64,000 bases of DNA, from contig CP065013.1 of NCBI GenBank assembly GCA_016700315.1, forward strand, positions 853,298 to 917,297, given 5' to 3'. The notes below the pieces were generated by a model. It saw nothing but the letters and a program-made list of their open reading frames with translations. It did no database searches and had not been told where the DNA came from. Numbering within the stretch: the stretch's first letter is position 1; the number at the start of each line of letters is the position of its first letter. Source of the DNA: Candidatus Saccharimonadota bacterium (lineage in GTDB: Bacteria > Patescibacteriota > Saccharimonadia > Saccharimonadales > SZUA-47). A program made the translations under genes and the position numbers. This document shows positions 18,350-30,419 of this stretch, one piece after another.

Positions 18350-19102
18350 ATGAATAAGCCTCATAATACCACAATCAACAGAACTGGCCTAGAGATGCTA
18401 CGTGAGCTAAGAGTATTAGACACACATCTAGCTACACCCGGATTAACTGGCGATGCCATAGGCCCGCTCCAAGCTAAAAGAGATGAACTGCATACTCGAT
18501 TTAGTAAAGCAGCTGATTACGCGCTTGCACTGTCGCAAGAAACCGGAGTTACTTTTCTGAATCCACTAGAAGAAGTAGAAACTCAAGACGCACTGGGCAC
18601 TGAACAGCCAGCACCAGAGAAAATTGACATCTGGAAACTACTTACTACAGAGCAAAGGGCTAAAGCAAAGCAGGAAATCACAAGGCTTGCTGGCGAGTTT
18701 AAGCGACCTGAAGATGAGTTTGATCTTATAATATCTAAAATTGTAGATGAAAACGACAACGTTATAGCCGACGTATTTAAAGTGATGCACACAGCAACTA
18801 AAGGTATCGACTTGGGCAACAACCCAAACAAAGATTATGATCCAAAACGCAATTGGGATAGTAGCGTTGCAGAGACAAAACGACTAAACCTCTCTGGCAT
18901 TACACTTGAGGATGCTGCAGCCTTAGCTGCTGTCAACCCTGAAATCAACGAATGGGTATGGCTTACCGGTGAAGCGAAAAGGGCGGACCGCCGCAGCGCT
19001 CCGGTTGCGTACGTGTACGAGTCGCAGACGGGCCGTGGCATGCGCGATCGCCAGATCGACTACCGTTACGTTGCATTCCGCCCCGCAGTGGTTATAGCCT
19101 AG
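18350..19102 (+). CDS. Hypothetical protein (~250 aa)
   Basis: ORF 18242..19102. TTGACA (18314-18319)-N17-TATTAT (18337-18342) places the likely start at ATG 18350. ATG 18341 is an alternative. Confidence 0.6.
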   Translation: MNKPHNTTINRTGLEMLRELRVLDTHLATPGLTGDAIGPLQAKRDELHTRFSKAADYALALSQETGVTFLNPLEEVETQDALGTEQPAPEKIDIWKLLTTEQRAKAKQEITRLAGEFKRPEDEFDLIISKIVDENDNVIADVFKVMHTATKGIDLGNNPNKDYDPKRNWDSSVAETKRLNLSGITLEDAAALAAVNPEINEWVWLTGEAKRADRRSAPVAYVYESQTGRGMRDRQIDYRYVAFRPAVVIA

Positions 19103-19322
19103 GCTTTGGCTTTTGATATCTTAGTATATTTGTTGTTTTCCTTGACTCATGACTCTTTAATCTGTACTCTATCATATAAGAAGTAGTGTACGCGCGCACT
19201 CAAGTTTGCCTGTAAAACAGAGGTGAATTGCAAAAAGCATCTAGTATGCGTAGGGAATCTTCGACCAACAAAACATAGTAATAATTACACCACTAGTTGT
19301 GGGAAGGGGTATGTGTTCGCTT

Positions 19323-22300
19323 ATGGCAAAAGTGACTCTAAAAGCAAAAAACAAACAACGAATTTATTACACAAAGCAAGACGAGCTAGATCTACCAAAT
19401 CTTGTTGATCATCAAAAACGATCTTTTCAATGGTTTGTCGACGAAGGTCTGGGAGAGCTTTTTGGCGAGATTAGCCCAATCGATGATTACACCGGTCAGA
19501 AACTAAGCGTTAGGTTCAAACAGTATCACTTCGAAGAGCCAAAAATGACTGAGAACGAAGCACGTGAAAACAACGTGAGCTTCGAAGCACCCCTTAAAGC
19601 AACACTAGAACTAACTAATAAAGTTACTGGCGAAGTAAAAGACCAAGAGATTTACCTAGGCGACTACCCGTGGATGACTGACCGTGGCACCTTTGTTATC
19701 AATGGTGCTGAGCGAGTTGTGGTTAGTCAGCTTATTCGCTCACCCGGTGTATTCTTTACAGCTGAAGCCGGAAACAATGGCACACTTTATGGAGCCAAAG
19801 TTATACCTGGCCGTGGGGCATGGCTTGAGTTTGAAACTGCCAATAATGGAGCAATCTATGTCAAGATTGACCGCAAACGAAAGATTGCAGTCACAACTTT
19901 GATGCGTGCTCTTGGCATGAGCGATGCGCAGATGCGTGACGCCTTCAAAAAAGTTGATAACGGTAAGTTAAGCTATATTCAAGCTACCCATGACAAAGAC
20001 CCAGCCAAGGGTTTTAACGAATCATTGATTGAAGTGTATCGAAGAATCCGACCAGGTGACTTAGCAACAGTTGATAACGCCAAAAGCTTGATAGAAAACA
20101 TGTTCTTTAATTACAAACGTTTCGACTTTAGTCGTGTAGGTCGTTACAAAATGAATAAGCGCCTCGGTATGGATATTGCCAATACCGCCGAGAACCGTGT
20201 CATGCGACTCGAAGACCTAGTTGCGGTAGTTTCTGAAGTTATTAGATTAAACAACACTCAAGAACCAGCTGATGACATCGACAGCCTCGCCAATCGACGA
20301 GTTAAATTGGTTGGAGAATTAGTTCAAAGGCAGTTCCGTATTGGTCTGCTGCGAATGGAAAGAAATGCCAAAGATCGCATGAGTATGAGCGAAATCGAGA
20401 CAGTTACTCCAGCTCAACTTATTAATGCTCGGCCAGTAGTAGCAGCCGTGCGAGAGTTTTTTGCCAGCAGCCAGTTGAGCCAGTTCATGGATCAAATTAA
20501 TCCACTGAGTGAGCTTGCTCACAAACGTCGCCTAAGCTCGATGGGCCCTGGCGGATTGAGCCGTGAGCGAGCAGGTTTTGAAGTCCGTGATGCTCATGCA
20601 ACGCACTATGGCCGAATTTGTCCTGTAGAAACCCCTGAAGGTGCCAACATTGGACTAGTTCTCAATATGGCTATGTATACCAAGATTAACGACTATGGTT
20701 TCATGGAGACGCCATACCGAAAAGTTGTTAAAGGCAAGGTAACAAATGAAGTAATATACCTAGATGCATCTGAAGAAGAAAAAGCCGTTATCGCAGCTGG
20801 TGGCGAGCCTTTAGATGCTAGTGGCAAATTTGTTAATAAGCGTGTTAGCGCCCGTAACAGACTAGTTGCCGGGACTGTAGATGCTGCCGATGTGACTCAC
20901 ATGGATGCAGCTAATCGGCAGATCATTGGTTCTAGCGCTGGCTTGATTCCATTTGTTGAAAAGAATTACGTATATCGTTCATTGATGGGTAGTAACCAAC
21001 AACGTCAGGCCGTACCGCTAGTAAATCCCGAAGCGCCAATTGTTGGTACGGGTCTAGAAGGAGTAGTTGCGCGCAACTCTGGTCAAGTGGTTCTTGCCGA
21101 AGATGACGGTGAAGTTGTTCACGCAGAAGCCAACGAATTAGTCGTATCTTATGCGAAAGTTAAAAAAACTTATCGTCCTTTGCATTTTGTTCGTAGTAAC
21201 GAGGGTACTTCAATAAATCAAAAAATTGTTGTGCGTGTTGGCGACAAAGTTAAAAAAGGCGACATAATGATTGAGGGCATGAGCGTATCCGGCGGTGAGC
21301 TCGCCCTTGGCAAGAACTTACTGGTTGCCTTCATGCCGTGGAATGGCTATAACTTCGAAGACGCTATCGTTATCTCACGTAAACTCGTAGAGAATGATGA
21401 GCTTACTAGTGTTCACATTGTCGATTACATGACAGAAGTTCGTGAGACCAAATTAGGCCCTGAAATTGTTACAAGTGATATTCCAAATGTTTCAGAAGAA
21501 GCGCTACGACATCTAGATGAAGACGGAATTGTCCGAATTGGAGCCGAGGTTCATCCGGGAGACATTTTGGTTGGTAAGATTACACCAAAAGGTGAGCAGG
21601 AACTTTCTAGCGAAGAGAGGCTATTGCGAGCTATTTTCGGCGAGAAAGCCAAAGAAGTCCGAGATACTTCTCAACGAATGAGTAACGGTAAACATGGTAA
21701 AGTTGTCGGTGTTAAAATCTTCAGTCGCGCGACAGGACACGAGCTCAAAGCAGGTGTCATTATGCAGATCCAAGTTTTCGTTGCCCAAATGCGCAAGATC
21801 AGTGTTGGCGACAAGCTTGGTGGCCGCCACGGAAACAAGGGCGTTATTGCCCGTGTTCTGCCTGTCGAAGATATGCCATTTATGGAAGATGGTACTCCAG
21901 TTGATATCGTTTTGAACCCTCTAGGTGTGCCGAGTCGTATGAACGTTGGGCAGTTGTTTGAGTCTCACCTTGGTATGGCGGCAAGGGCTCTAGGTATCAA
22001 TGTTGCCAGTCCGTCTTTTAATGGTGTAACGAACAAAAAAGTCAAAGAGCTACTCAAAGAAGCAGGGCTGCCAGAAAGCGGTAAACAGCAGCTTTATGAT
22101 GGCCGTACTGGTCAACCGTTCCAAGAGCACACCACAGTCGGCAGCATGTATATGATCAAGCTCAACCACATGATTACCGACAAAATACACGCACGATCAA
22201 CGGGTCCATACACTATGGTGACTCAACAGCCACTTGGTGGTAAGGCCCAAAATGGTGGTCAAAGGTTCGGAGAAATGGAAGTTTGGGCGCTTGAAGCTTA

Positions 22301-22739
22301 CGGCGCATCAAATACGCTTCAAGAAATGCTAACGATTAAGTCTGATGATGTATATGGACGCTCAAAAGCCTACGAATCAATAATTAAAGGAACCGAGATT
22401 GTTGGTCCTAAGGTTCCAGAAAGCTTCAACGTGCTTGTCAAAGAACTTCAAGGCCTAGGCTTGAAGGTCGATTTAATCGAGAAGTCTACCGAGCAGTCCC
22501 TTGACGCTGAGACAGTGCTTGCTAGCACTATCAAAGACGAAGCAGAACACATGCCTGCAGTCGAAGTGCCAAAAGATGAAATCTCAGATATCGATGTCAG
22601 CGAGGATGCTGCCATCAGCGAAGAATTTGCTGTAGTAGATTCAGATGGTGAACAAATAGAAGAAGTAATTGCTAACGATATCGCTGCCGAGGAGCATGAT
22701 TATTCAGTCGATAAAGATGACGAAGGGACGGAGGTCTAA
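19323..22739 (+). CDS. rpoB: DNA-directed RNA polymerase subunit beta
   Basis: Full-length RpoB homology (LPNLVDHQKRSF, GRHGNKGV, NGGQRFGEMEVWALEAYGA) with an acidic C-terminal tail. Start is ambiguous (GTG 19299, ATG 19311, ATG 19323). Confidence 0.97.
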   Translation: MAKVTLKAKNKQRIYYTKQDELDLPNLVDHQKRSFQWFVDEGLGELFGEISPIDDYTGQKLSVRFKQYHFEEPKMTENEARENNVSFEAPLKATLELTNKVTGEVKDQEIYLGDYPWMTDRGTFVINGAERVVVSQLIRSPGVFFTAEAGNNGTLYGAKVIPGRGAWLEFETANNGAIYVKIDRKRKIAVTTLMRALGMSDAQMRDAFKKVDNGKLSYIQATHDKDPAKGFNESLIEVYRRIRPGDLATVDNAKSLIENMFFNYKRFDFSRVGRYKMNKRLGMDIANTAENRVMRLEDLVAVVSEVIRLNNTQEPADDIDSLANRRVKLVGELVQRQFRIGLLRMERNAKDRMSMSEIETVTPAQLINARPVVAAVREFFASSQLSQFMDQINPLSELAHKRRLSSMGPGGLSRERAGFEVRDAHATHYGRICPVETPEGANIGLVLNMAMYTKINDYGFMETPYRKVVKGKVTNEVIYLDASEEEKAVIAAGGEPLDASGKFVNKRVSARNRLVAGTVDAADVTHMDAANRQIIGSSAGLIPFVEKNYVYRSLMGSNQQRQAVPLVNPEAPIVGTGLEGVVARNSGQVVLAEDDGEVVHAEANELVVSYAKVKKTYRPLHFVRSNEGTSINQKIVVRVGDKVKKGDIMIEGMSVSGGELALGKNLLVAFMPWNGYNFEDAIVISRKLVENDELTSVHIVDYMTEVRETKLGPEIVTSDIPNVSEEALRHLDEDGIVRIGAEVHPGDILVGKITPKGEQELSSEERLLRAIFGEKAKEVRDTSQRMSNGKHGKVVGVKIFSRATGHELKAGVIMQIQVFVAQMRKISVGDKLGGRHGNKGVIARVLPVEDMPFMEDGTPVDIVLNPLGVPSRMNVGQLFESHLGMAARALGINVASPSFNGVTNKKVKELLKEAGLPESGKQQLYDGRTGQPFQEHTTVGSMYMIKLNHMITDKIHARSTGPYTMVTQQPLGGKAQNGGQRFGEMEVWALEAYGASNTLQEMLTIKSDDVYGRSKAYESIIKGTEIVGPKVPESFNVLVKELQGLGLKVDLIEKSTEQSLDAETVLASTIKDEAEHMPAVEVPKDEISDIDVSEDAAISEEFAVVDSDGEQIEEVIANDIAAEEHDYSVDKDDEGTEV

Positions 22740-22740
22740 T

Positions 22741-25700
22741 ATGAGAAAATACGGAACCGGAGTCAATATCAGTGATTTTGATGCCGTGCGTCTTAGCGTA
22801 GCTAGCGCAGATGATATTTCAAGATGGAGTCATGGCGAGGTCCTAAAACCTGAAACTATAAATTACCGAACTCAAAAACCTGAGCGAGATGGTTTGTTTT
22901 GTGAAAGAATTTTCGGACCAGTCAAGGATATTAACCCGCATGATGCTAAGTATAAAGGCGTAAGGAGTCGCGAAGCTGCTGTCGACAAGAACGGCGAAGT
23001 TGTGACCAAGTCGATTGTACGTCGTGAACGCATGGGCCATATTCAACTTGCTAGTCCTGTTGCGCACATTTGGTTTTTGCGAGGCACTCCTAGCGCGGTT
23101 GGCCTGCTACTGGGCATGACCGTTAAGAATCTTGAACGTATTGCATACTTTGCTTCCTATGTCGTTATAGATGTTGATGAAGCTAAGCTTGAGCAAATGC
23201 TGCTTGACCGTGAAACGGCCTACTCAAATGCCCAAGAAGCTGTCAAAGCTCGCTACGAAGCTGAAGCTAAAGAAGAAGGCGCAAATGTTAAGGCTTTGGC
23301 ACAAATGCAGACCAAAGAACTTGAAGAAATTGCTAAGGAATTTGAAGAGCTCAAAGCTCAGCTTGACTCACTTCGCCAGTTTAACCTCATCAACGAAACA
23401 GATTTCCGCAATATGCCAGATGAGCTGCAAGAGCTAGTTCATGTGGATATGGGTGGTTCAGCAATTAAACGACTGCTTGACCAGATTGATCTGGATAAGC
23501 TTATAGAAGATCTACGTGCAGAAACCGAGGAGGCCAAAGGCCAGCGCAAGAAGAAGTTGATGAAACGACTGCGTATGCTCGAAGGTATGGAGCGAGCAGG
23601 TATTAAGCCTCAAAGTATGTGTCTGACTGTTCTTCCGGTGATCCCTCCAGATCTTCGACCAATGGTGCAATTAACCGGTGGACGTTTCGCTACTAGTGAT
23701 CTTAACGACCTGTACCGTCGAGTGATAAACCGCAATAACCGCTTGAAGAAACTGATCGAGCTTAACGCGCCAGAGGTAATTAGGCGCAACGAAATGCGTA
23801 TGCTTCAAGAAGCAGTAGATGCTTTGATCGACAATAACTCAACTCGATCCGGACGTGCTGTAGCCGCTACCGGACAGAGACGACGACTTAAGTCTTTGTC
23901 TGACATGCTAAAAGGCAAACAAGGACGCTTCCGTCAGAACCTACTTGGTAAGCGTGTTGACTATTCTGGCCGATCGGTAATAGTGGCCGGACCTGAGCTT
24001 AAGATTGACCAGTGTGGCTTGCCGAAGATGATGGCACTTGAGCTGTTTAAGCCATTCGTAATCGGCTATCTTATCGAGAACGATCACGCTCACAATATCC
24101 GCAGCGCAACTCGACTAATCGAACTTGGTGATGCCGAGGTTTGGGATGCACTTGACTACGTAATTCGTGGCAAATATGTGCTATTAAACCGAGCCCCAAG
24201 TCTTCACCGCTTGAGTATTCAGGCTTTCCAGCCAGTTTTGATCGAAGGCAAAGCTATCCAGCTACACCCATTGGTCTGTAAAGGCTTCAATGCTGACTTC
24301 GACGGCGACCAGATGGCGGTGCATCTTCCACTTAGCGATGCAGCCCAGGCAGAAGCTAAAGAGATCATGGCCAGTAACCACAACCTGCTCAAGCCAGCAG
24401 ACGGATCTCCGATCCTTCACCTTGAACAAGATATCGTGCTTGGTTGCTACTACCTGACCTACGACCGTCCTGGAGTCGAGAAAAAGCAGCGACGAAGCTT
24501 TAGCTCGCTTGACGAAGCTATTATGGCTCGTGATTATGCAGAGTTAAGCCTACAGGATCCAATCAGAGTTGAATTCCGCGGTGAAGTACACGACACAACA
24601 TTAGGCAGAATCCTCTTTAACGAGGTGTTCCCTAGTGACTTCCCATTTGTTAATGAGCCCATGACCAAGAAGATGCTTGGCCGCGTCATGGCGGCAGTTT
24701 ACCAAGCCTATGGACAGGAGAAGACGGCCGAAATCGCCGACGACCTTAAGGATATTGGCTTTGAATATGCAACAGGATCTGGCCTTTCAATGGGCATGGA
24801 CGATTTCAGTGAAATTGTTGGTCTAGACAAGGCACTTGCTGGTGGTGACAAAAAAGCTGCCGAAATTAGCAAGCAATACGAAGATGGATTCATCACCAAC
24901 GAAGAACGCTACCGTTTGACAGTCGATAACTGGCTCGATACAGATAGTGAAGTCCAAGCAATGCTTACTGAGCAATTCGCCAGTGAGGACAACTCAATGT
25001 CGATTGCCGTTGTATCTGGTGCTCGAGGTAACATCGGTCAGGTTAAGACTGCTGTCGGTATGCTCGGCGTAACGATGGACACTCTTGGTAAGGCGATCGA
25101 GCTGCCAATTAAGAGCAACTATAAGCAAGGGCTCACACCACTAGAGTACTTTACGGCTACTCGTGGTGCTCGAAAAACTATGATTGACACTGCACTAAAG
25201 ACGGCTGACTCTGGCTACTTAACTCGCCGATTGGTCGACGTCGCACAAGACGTCTTCACGACTAACGAAGAACTAGATGACCCAGGCTTTCCGATGTATC
25301 GTCAAGATGCCATCGATATAAACGTTGATTACGCTTCGCGTTTGGTTGGACGTTATGCTGCAGCCGCTGTGACTGGACATGTCAAAAAAGCCCAGATCAT
25401 TACACCAGAAATTGCAGCCGCCATTGAAAAAGACGAAAACGTAACAGTCGTGCGTATTATGAGCGCTCTAACAGCTCCATCTATCAGAGGGATTCCTCAG
25501 CGTAGTTATGGCCTTGACCTAGCCACGGGCCAATTAGTAACTGAGTTTCATCCTATTGGCGTAATCGCTGCCCAAAGTATTGGTGAACCAGGTACGCAGC
25601 TAACGCTTCGTTCTTACCACGGTGGTGGTTCGGCCGCTGCCGACGACATCACCCAAGGTCTACCTCGAGTAGAAGAGTTGTTTGAAGTTCGTGCGCCTAA

Positions 25701-26547
25701 AGGACAAGCCTTTTTGGCAGATATCGACGGAGTTGTTAATGTTTGGGAAGAAGGTGAGAAATATATCGCCCAAATCACGGCCGACGAAGGCGCAAAAGTA
25801 GAACTACTGCTAAACGGCCGGACTTGGAAGCTCAAATCAGGCAGTAGTGTCGCAGCTGGCGACGTACTAGCTACAGACGATGAGGGCGCAAACCCATTGG
25901 TCGCTCCGATTGCTGGACACCTAGAGTACAACAAAAAGGGCAGCTATCTTGTACCGACTAAGCAGAGTATTGTTCGCTATGAAATCCCTGGTTTCAAACA
26001 GGTGATGGTAAAAGATGGCGACAAAGTCAAGGCTGGACAACGTCTAACTAACGGTTCGATCAATCTTCATGACCTAATGAGACTAGCTGGAATCGAAGAG
26101 ACCCAGCGCTACATCATGAACGAGATCCTTCGTATTTTTGCCGCTCAAGGTCAGAATATTTCCGACAAGCACCTAGAAGTGATTGTTCGACAGATGTTTA
26201 GCCGTGTCATTATCGAGGACGCTGGTGATAGCGAGTTCGTAACCGGAGACGTAGTTAGCAAGCAAGCTGTCTTAGGCGAAAACGAGCGTTTGAGTGCCGA
26301 AGGCAAGGGGCTAGTGCAATACTCTCAGTTGCTGCTTGGAATCACGAAGGCATCGCTTTCTACAGATTCATTCCTTAGCGCCGCAAGTTTCCAGGACACT
26401 ACACGTGTACTAATTGGTGCTGCTACAAGTGGTAAAGTCGATCATCTTTATGGGTTGAAAGAAAACGTTATCTTGGGTCGCAGGATCCCAGTTGGAACGG
26501 GTGTCAAAAAAGTCGAAGATATCGACACCGACGAACAGATTGCATAA
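22741..26547 (+). CDS. rpoC: DNA-directed RNA polymerase subunit beta'
   Basis: NADFDGDQM catalytic motif and a zinc-binding region. ATG 22741 is 1 nt after the rpoB stop. The ORF-track extension to 22669 overlaps rpoB and is discounted. Confidence 0.97.
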   Translation: MRKYGTGVNISDFDAVRLSVASADDISRWSHGEVLKPETINYRTQKPERDGLFCERIFGPVKDINPHDAKYKGVRSREAAVDKNGEVVTKSIVRRERMGHIQLASPVAHIWFLRGTPSAVGLLLGMTVKNLERIAYFASYVVIDVDEAKLEQMLLDRETAYSNAQEAVKARYEAEAKEEGANVKALAQMQTKELEEIAKEFEELKAQLDSLRQFNLINETDFRNMPDELQELVHVDMGGSAIKRLLDQIDLDKLIEDLRAETEEAKGQRKKKLMKRLRMLEGMERAGIKPQSMCLTVLPVIPPDLRPMVQLTGGRFATSDLNDLYRRVINRNNRLKKLIELNAPEVIRRNEMRMLQEAVDALIDNNSTRSGRAVAATGQRRRLKSLSDMLKGKQGRFRQNLLGKRVDYSGRSVIVAGPELKIDQCGLPKMMALELFKPFVIGYLIENDHAHNIRSATRLIELGDAEVWDALDYVIRGKYVLLNRAPSLHRLSIQAFQPVLIEGKAIQLHPLVCKGFNADFDGDQMAVHLPLSDAAQAEAKEIMASNHNLLKPADGSPILHLEQDIVLGCYYLTYDRPGVEKKQRRSFSSLDEAIMARDYAELSLQDPIRVEFRGEVHDTTLGRILFNEVFPSDFPFVNEPMTKKMLGRVMAAVYQAYGQEKTAEIADDLKDIGFEYATGSGLSMGMDDFSEIVGLDKALAGGDKKAAEISKQYEDGFITNEERYRLTVDNWLDTDSEVQAMLTEQFASEDNSMSIAVVSGARGNIGQVKTAVGMLGVTMDTLGKAIELPIKSNYKQGLTPLEYFTATRGARKTMIDTALKTADSGYLTRRLVDVAQDVFTTNEELDDPGFPMYRQDAIDINVDYASRLVGRYAAAAVTGHVKKAQIITPEIAAAIEKDENVTVVRIMSALTAPSIRGIPQRSYGLDLATGQLVTEFHPIGVIAAQSIGEPGTQLTLRSYHGGGSAAADDITQGLPRVEELFEVRAPKGQAFLADIDGVVNVWEEGEKYIAQITADEGAKVELLLNGRTWKLKSGSSVAAGDVLATDDEGANPLVAPIAGHLEYNKKGSYLVPTKQSIVRYEIPGFKQVMVKDGDKVKAGQRLTNGSINLHDLMRLAGIEETQRYIMNEILRIFAAQGQNISDKHLEVIVRQMFSRVIIEDAGDSEFVTGDVVSKQAVLGENERLSAEGKGLVQYSQLLLGITKASLSTDSFLSAASFQDTTRVLIGAATSGKVDHLYGLKENVILGRRIPVGTGVKKVEDIDTDEQIA

Positions 26548-26646
26548 GTGCTATAAATCTGCTAATATAAATATGTTAATAAGTGTAATCCGAGCTATCG
26601 CCACCAAGGCAGGGCGATCGTAGCGGTAGATTACAAAGAGAATTCA

Positions 26647-26672
26647 TCATTAGCCACTGCTGTGGCTAATGA
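26647..26672 (+). terminator. Stem-loop downstream of rpoC (possible attenuator/terminator, no T-run)
   Basis: TCATTAGCCAC-TGCT-GTGGCTAATGA, an 11-bp perfect stem. Confidence 0.4.
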
Positions 26673-26735
26673 GTAGTACGATTGTTGCTATCTTTCTCTA
26701 TGTATATCTTAAACATCCAAAGTTTAGGAGGATAA

Positions 26736-27170
26736 ATGCCAACAATAAATCAACTAGTGAGGAAACCTCGCCGTATTATCAGGGCCAAGACAAAGTCTCC
26801 GGCCTTGCAGCGAGTTGTCAACAACCTCAAAACCAAGTCTTACGAAAAAGACGGCCCGTTCAAACGAGGCGTCTGCGTAAAAGTAACTACCAAAACACCC
26901 AAAAAACCAAACTCAGCTCTACGTAAGGTAGCTCGTGTTCGTTTAAACAATGGCTACGAAGTATGGGCCTATATTGGCGGTGAAGGTCACAACCTTCAGG
27001 AACATGCGGTAGTGCTAGTTCGTGGCGGTCGTGTGCCTGACCTTCCTGGTGTGCGGTACCACATAGTGCGTGGCGCACTTGACCTTCAGGGAGTAAACAA
27101 CCGTAAGCGTGGACGTAGTAAGTACGGTACCAAGAAGGACGGGACGGCATTAGAAGGAGGTCAAAAATGA
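26736..27170 (+). CDS. rpsL: 30S ribosomal protein S12
   Basis: [24 protein letters not shown] upstream. About 20 aa basic C-terminal extension. Confidence 0.97.
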   Translation: MPTINQLVRKPRRIIRAKTKSPALQRVVNNLKTKSYEKDGPFKRGVCVKVTTKTPKKPNSALRKVARVRLNNGYEVWAYIGGEGHNLQEHAVVLVRGGRVPDLPGVRYHIVRGALDLQGVNNRKRGRSKYGTKKDGTALEGGQK

Positions 27171-27640
27171 GAAAGACTACCAAAGCTCTAGTAAGAGAAA
27201 AACTACCAGATCGCAAATATGACAATGAGATGGTCCAGAGACTTATTAATCGTGTCATGCGTGATGGTAAAAAACAGCTCGCTGAACGTTTGGTTTACGA
27301 AGGTATGGAACTAGCGGCCAAGAAGGTTAACAGCGATAACCCATTAGAGGTTTTCGATAAGGCTTTCAAAAACATCACTCCGTTTGTCGAAACTCGCTCT
27401 CGCAGAGTCGGTGGCGCTAACTACCAGATTCCATTTGAAGTAAAAGGTCAGCGCCAAAAACACCTAGCAATCATGTGGTTTGTAGCTGCTGCTCGTGCCA
27501 AAAAAGGCATTCCAATGAGCCAACGTATTGCAGCTGAACTTGCTGATGCTTATAACCAAACTGGTACAGCGTTCAAGAAAAAAGACGATACTCACAAAAT
27601 GGCCGAATCTAACCGAGCCTTCGCTCACTTCGCGAGATGA
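27167..27640 (+). CDS. rpsG: 30S ribosomal protein S7
   Basis: S7 family throughout ([15 protein letters not shown]). 4-nt overlap with rpsL. Confidence 0.96.
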   Translation: MRKTTKALVREKLPDRKYDNEMVQRLINRVMRDGKKQLAERLVYEGMELAAKKVNSDNPLEVFDKAFKNITPFVETRSRRVGGANYQIPFEVKGQRQKHLAIMWFVAAARAKKGIPMSQRIAAELADAYNQTGTAFKKKDDTHKMAESNRAFAHFAR

Positions 27641-27641
27641 A

Positions 27642-28052
27642 ATGGGCTTAGTACTACCAGAAAAACATTACTTTTCCCCGCAAAATTCTGTTGCCAATGT
27701 CGTAAATTCTCAATTTTTAGGTCTGTATAACCTTGGCGATTTACCCAGATACTATATGCCAACGCAAGAGTGTATAGATTTCACAACAAGATTAATAGAC
27801 AAAGTAATCTGTGGCGATGGTCAAGTAGAACTAGTGTTAAATACGGATAATAATGATGCTGAAGCAATAGCTAGGATAGAAAAGGGTAGTTTTCTGGGAA
27901 CGCAAGGAACTTTATGTTTCATAATTGGACCAGAAGGACTAGAACAAGAACTACAGGGGCGACCAAAAACAGATCCATCTAGCTGGCTATGGGACAAAGG
28001 CGATTTTGAAACAGCAGCAAGAAGAAATTTTTTAACCATAGACACTAATTAA
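27642..28052 (+). CDS. Hypothetical protein (136 aa) inserted between rpsG and fusA
   Basis: The ATG is 1 nt after the rpsG TGA. The upstream part of ORF 27528..28052 overlaps rpsG out of frame and is discounted. Confidence 0.55.
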   Translation: MGLVLPEKHYFSPQNSVANVVNSQFLGLYNLGDLPRYYMPTQECIDFTTRLIDKVICGDGQVELVLNTDNNDAEAIARIEKGSFLGTQGTLCFIIGPEGLEQELQGRPKTDPSSWLWDKGDFETAARRNFLTIDTN

Positions 28053-28127
28053 GGAAAGGAGCAGCCCGAGCAAAAACCACGCTTTTTGCCCGGCGCGTTG
28101 AGGGAAACGCAGTTTCTCTCAAAGATT

Positions 28128-30215
28128 ATGGCAGATAAAAAAACTGAAATGAAAGACATTCGCAACCTAGGGATTATTGCCCACATTGATGCGGGTAAGA
28201 CAACAACAACCGAAGGTATTTTGTATCGTACGGGTCTTAAACACAAGATTGGCGCCGTACACGAAGGCGAGACTACAACTGACTGGATGGCACAGGAGCG
28301 TGAGCGAGGAATCACCATTGTGGCCGCTAGTGTTACTTGTTTCTGGAAGGGTAAGCAGATTAACATCATCGACACACCAGGTCACATTGACTTTACTGTC
28401 GAGGTAGAGCGTTCACTGCGTGTGCTTGATGGGGCCTGCGTTGTCTTCGACGGAAAAATGGGCGTTGAAAGCCAGTCAGAGACAGTCTGGCGCCAAGCAG
28501 ATAAATATGGTGTGCCTCGTATTTGCTTTATCAACAAGATCAATCAAACAGGTGGGGATTTTTATAAGTCGCTTGACTCTATTCACAACCGACTTAGTAA
28601 ACGCGCGTTTCCTGTTCACTTACCGATTGGCTTTGAGCAGAGCATCAATGGCCTTGTTGATCTAGTAAGCATGAAGGCTTATACCTACAAGGACTTTACC
28701 GATCACGAACTTGTCGAGGGAGAGATTCCTGCCGACATGATGGACTCAGTCAAGAAATATCGCAGCCTTTTGATCGAAAATGCTGTAGCTGAAGACGAAG
28801 CCATGTTAGAGAAATACTTTGAAGTTGGCGAAGAGGGTCTGAGCGTCGATGAGATCAAACAGGCCATTCGCTCAGCCGTACTAACAGGTAAGTTCTATGC
28901 TGTAACCGGCGGTGACGGTCGTGGTGTGATTGTCGAAAAAGTCCTAGACATGGTTAACGACTATCTGCCAAGCCCACTTGATAAAGGCTCTACTTGGGGC
29001 AAACACCCAAAAAGCGGCGACGAAATTGAGCGCAAACCTAGCGAAAGCGAGCCATTTGCAAGCTTAGCTTTCAAGATCACAACTGATCCATTTGTCGGTA
29101 AGCTAGCTTACTTCCGTGTTTATTCTGGTAAGATCACTGCCGGTTCTTACGTGCTAAACAGTTCAACAGGAGAAAAAGAGCGCGTTGGACGTATCGTAAG
29201 GCTCCAAGCTGACAAGAGAGCCGACGTAACCGAAGTTGGGGCTGGCGACATTGCAGCCATTGTGGGTCTAAAAGGCACAACAACCGGTAACACTCTGTGC
29301 GATCCAGCCAATCCGATCGAGCTAGAAAGCATTACGTTCCCAGAGCCACCTGTCTCTATTGCGATCGAGCCAAAAACTAAGGCTGACCAAGAAAAGATGA
29401 GTATTGCTCTTCAGCGGCTTGCCGAAGAGGACCCAACTTTCCGAGTTCGTGTAGATGACGAAACCGGTCAAACAATTATCAGTGGTATGGGTGAGCTTCA
29501 CCTAGAAATTCTGGTTGACCGTATGAAGCGAGAATTCAACGTCGAAGCAAACATCGGACAGCCACAAGTTGCTTATCGTGAGACTATCAGAAAAGCCAAC
29601 GTAGAAGTCCAGGGCAAGTTCATCCGCCAGTCCGGTGGTCGTGGTCAATACGGTGATGTTTGGCTAAGAATTTCACCTAACGATCAAGGAGCCGGCTTTG
29701 AGTTCATAAACTCTATCAAGGGTGGAGTTGTTCCTAGTGAATACATCAAGCCAGTCCAGCAAGGTATCGAAGAAGCGATGAACAACGGTGTTTTGGCTGG
29801 CTACCCTGTAGTTGACGTCAAAGCCGAGCTTTACGACGGTAGCTACCACGAAGTTGACAGTAACGAAATGGCCTTCAAAATTGCTGGTAGCATGGCGCTG
29901 CAAGAAGGCGTCAAGAAAGCCAGCCCAGTACTACTTGAGCCAGTCATGAAGGTCGTCGTTGTCACGCCAGAAGAATTTATGGGTGACGTGATCGGTGATC
30001 TTAACAGCAAGCGTGGCCGAATCGAAACCATGGAAGACCTAAGTGCCGGAGTAAAGGAGATCACTGCCTTCGTTCCACTTGGCGAGATGTTTGGCTATAC
30101 CACTAACCTCCGTTCGATGACTCAGGGCCGTGCCAGTAGCTCGATGGAGCTAGACCACTATGCCGACGTGCCAAACAACGTAACCGAAGCAATCATCGCC
30201 AAAAACGGAAAATAA
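28128..30215 (+). CDS. fusA: Elongation factor G
   Basis: NLGIIAHIDAGKTTTTE, DTPGHIDF, full five-domain length. ATG 28128 gives the canonical N-terminus. Confidence 0.97.
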   Translation: MADKKTEMKDIRNLGIIAHIDAGKTTTTEGILYRTGLKHKIGAVHEGETTTDWMAQERERGITIVAASVTCFWKGKQINIIDTPGHIDFTVEVERSLRVLDGACVVFDGKMGVESQSETVWRQADKYGVPRICFINKINQTGGDFYKSLDSIHNRLSKRAFPVHLPIGFEQSINGLVDLVSMKAYTYKDFTDHELVEGEIPADMMDSVKKYRSLLIENAVAEDEAMLEKYFEVGEEGLSVDEIKQAIRSAVLTGKFYAVTGGDGRGVIVEKVLDMVNDYLPSPLDKGSTWGKHPKSGDEIERKPSESEPFASLAFKITTDPFVGKLAYFRVYSGKITAGSYVLNSSTGEKERVGRIVRLQADKRADVTEVGAGDIAAIVGLKGTTTGNTLCDPANPIELESITFPEPPVSIAIEPKTKADQEKMSIALQRLAEEDPTFRVRVDDETGQTIISGMGELHLEILVDRMKREFNVEANIGQPQVAYRETIRKANVEVQGKFIRQSGGRGQYGDVWLRISPNDQGAGFEFINSIKGGVVPSEYIKPVQQGIEEAMNNGVLAGYPVVDVKAELYDGSYHEVDSNEMAFKIAGSMALQEGVKKASPVLLEPVMKVVVVTPEEFMGDVIGDLNSKRGRIETMEDLSAGVKEITAFVPLGEMFGYTTNLRSMTQGRASSSMELDHYADVPNNVTEAIIAKNGK

Positions 30216-30419
30216 GTATAGGCTTTTGGTATACAAACACCTGAGATGAAATAGGTCTCAAAGTGCCCACCTGCGTAGCCAAAAGGTAAGAGCGGTTTAA
30301 GACTGCGCTCTGCACGCAAATTGACAAGCAGTTTACATTATTGGCGCCCATCTGGCACGTGAAGCCGAATGCTCAAGCAGTTTGCCCGCTCACCGGTCAG
30401 GCTTAGATCAACCTAAGTC

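Noticed and set aside
22669-22740. 5' extensions proposed by the ORF track for rpoC (22669), rpsD (45757), rplQ (47358), rpsE (41742), rplW (34815), fusA (28086), rpsJ (32062), GH57 (57515), rsmD (9245) and dinB (62776).
   Set aside because: Each extension overlaps the preceding gene or a repeat spacer and lacks homology. An internal ATG with canonical N-terminal sequence, usually with an SD or stop-start coupling, fits better.
26669-26926. 85-aa ORF overlapping the rpsL start. Also 19223..19408 upstream of rpoB, 42972..43265 overlapping secY and 60822..61055 overlapping the coiled-coil gene.
   Set aside because: They are out-of-frame overlaps with well-supported genes or promoter regions, with no motifs and no translation signals.
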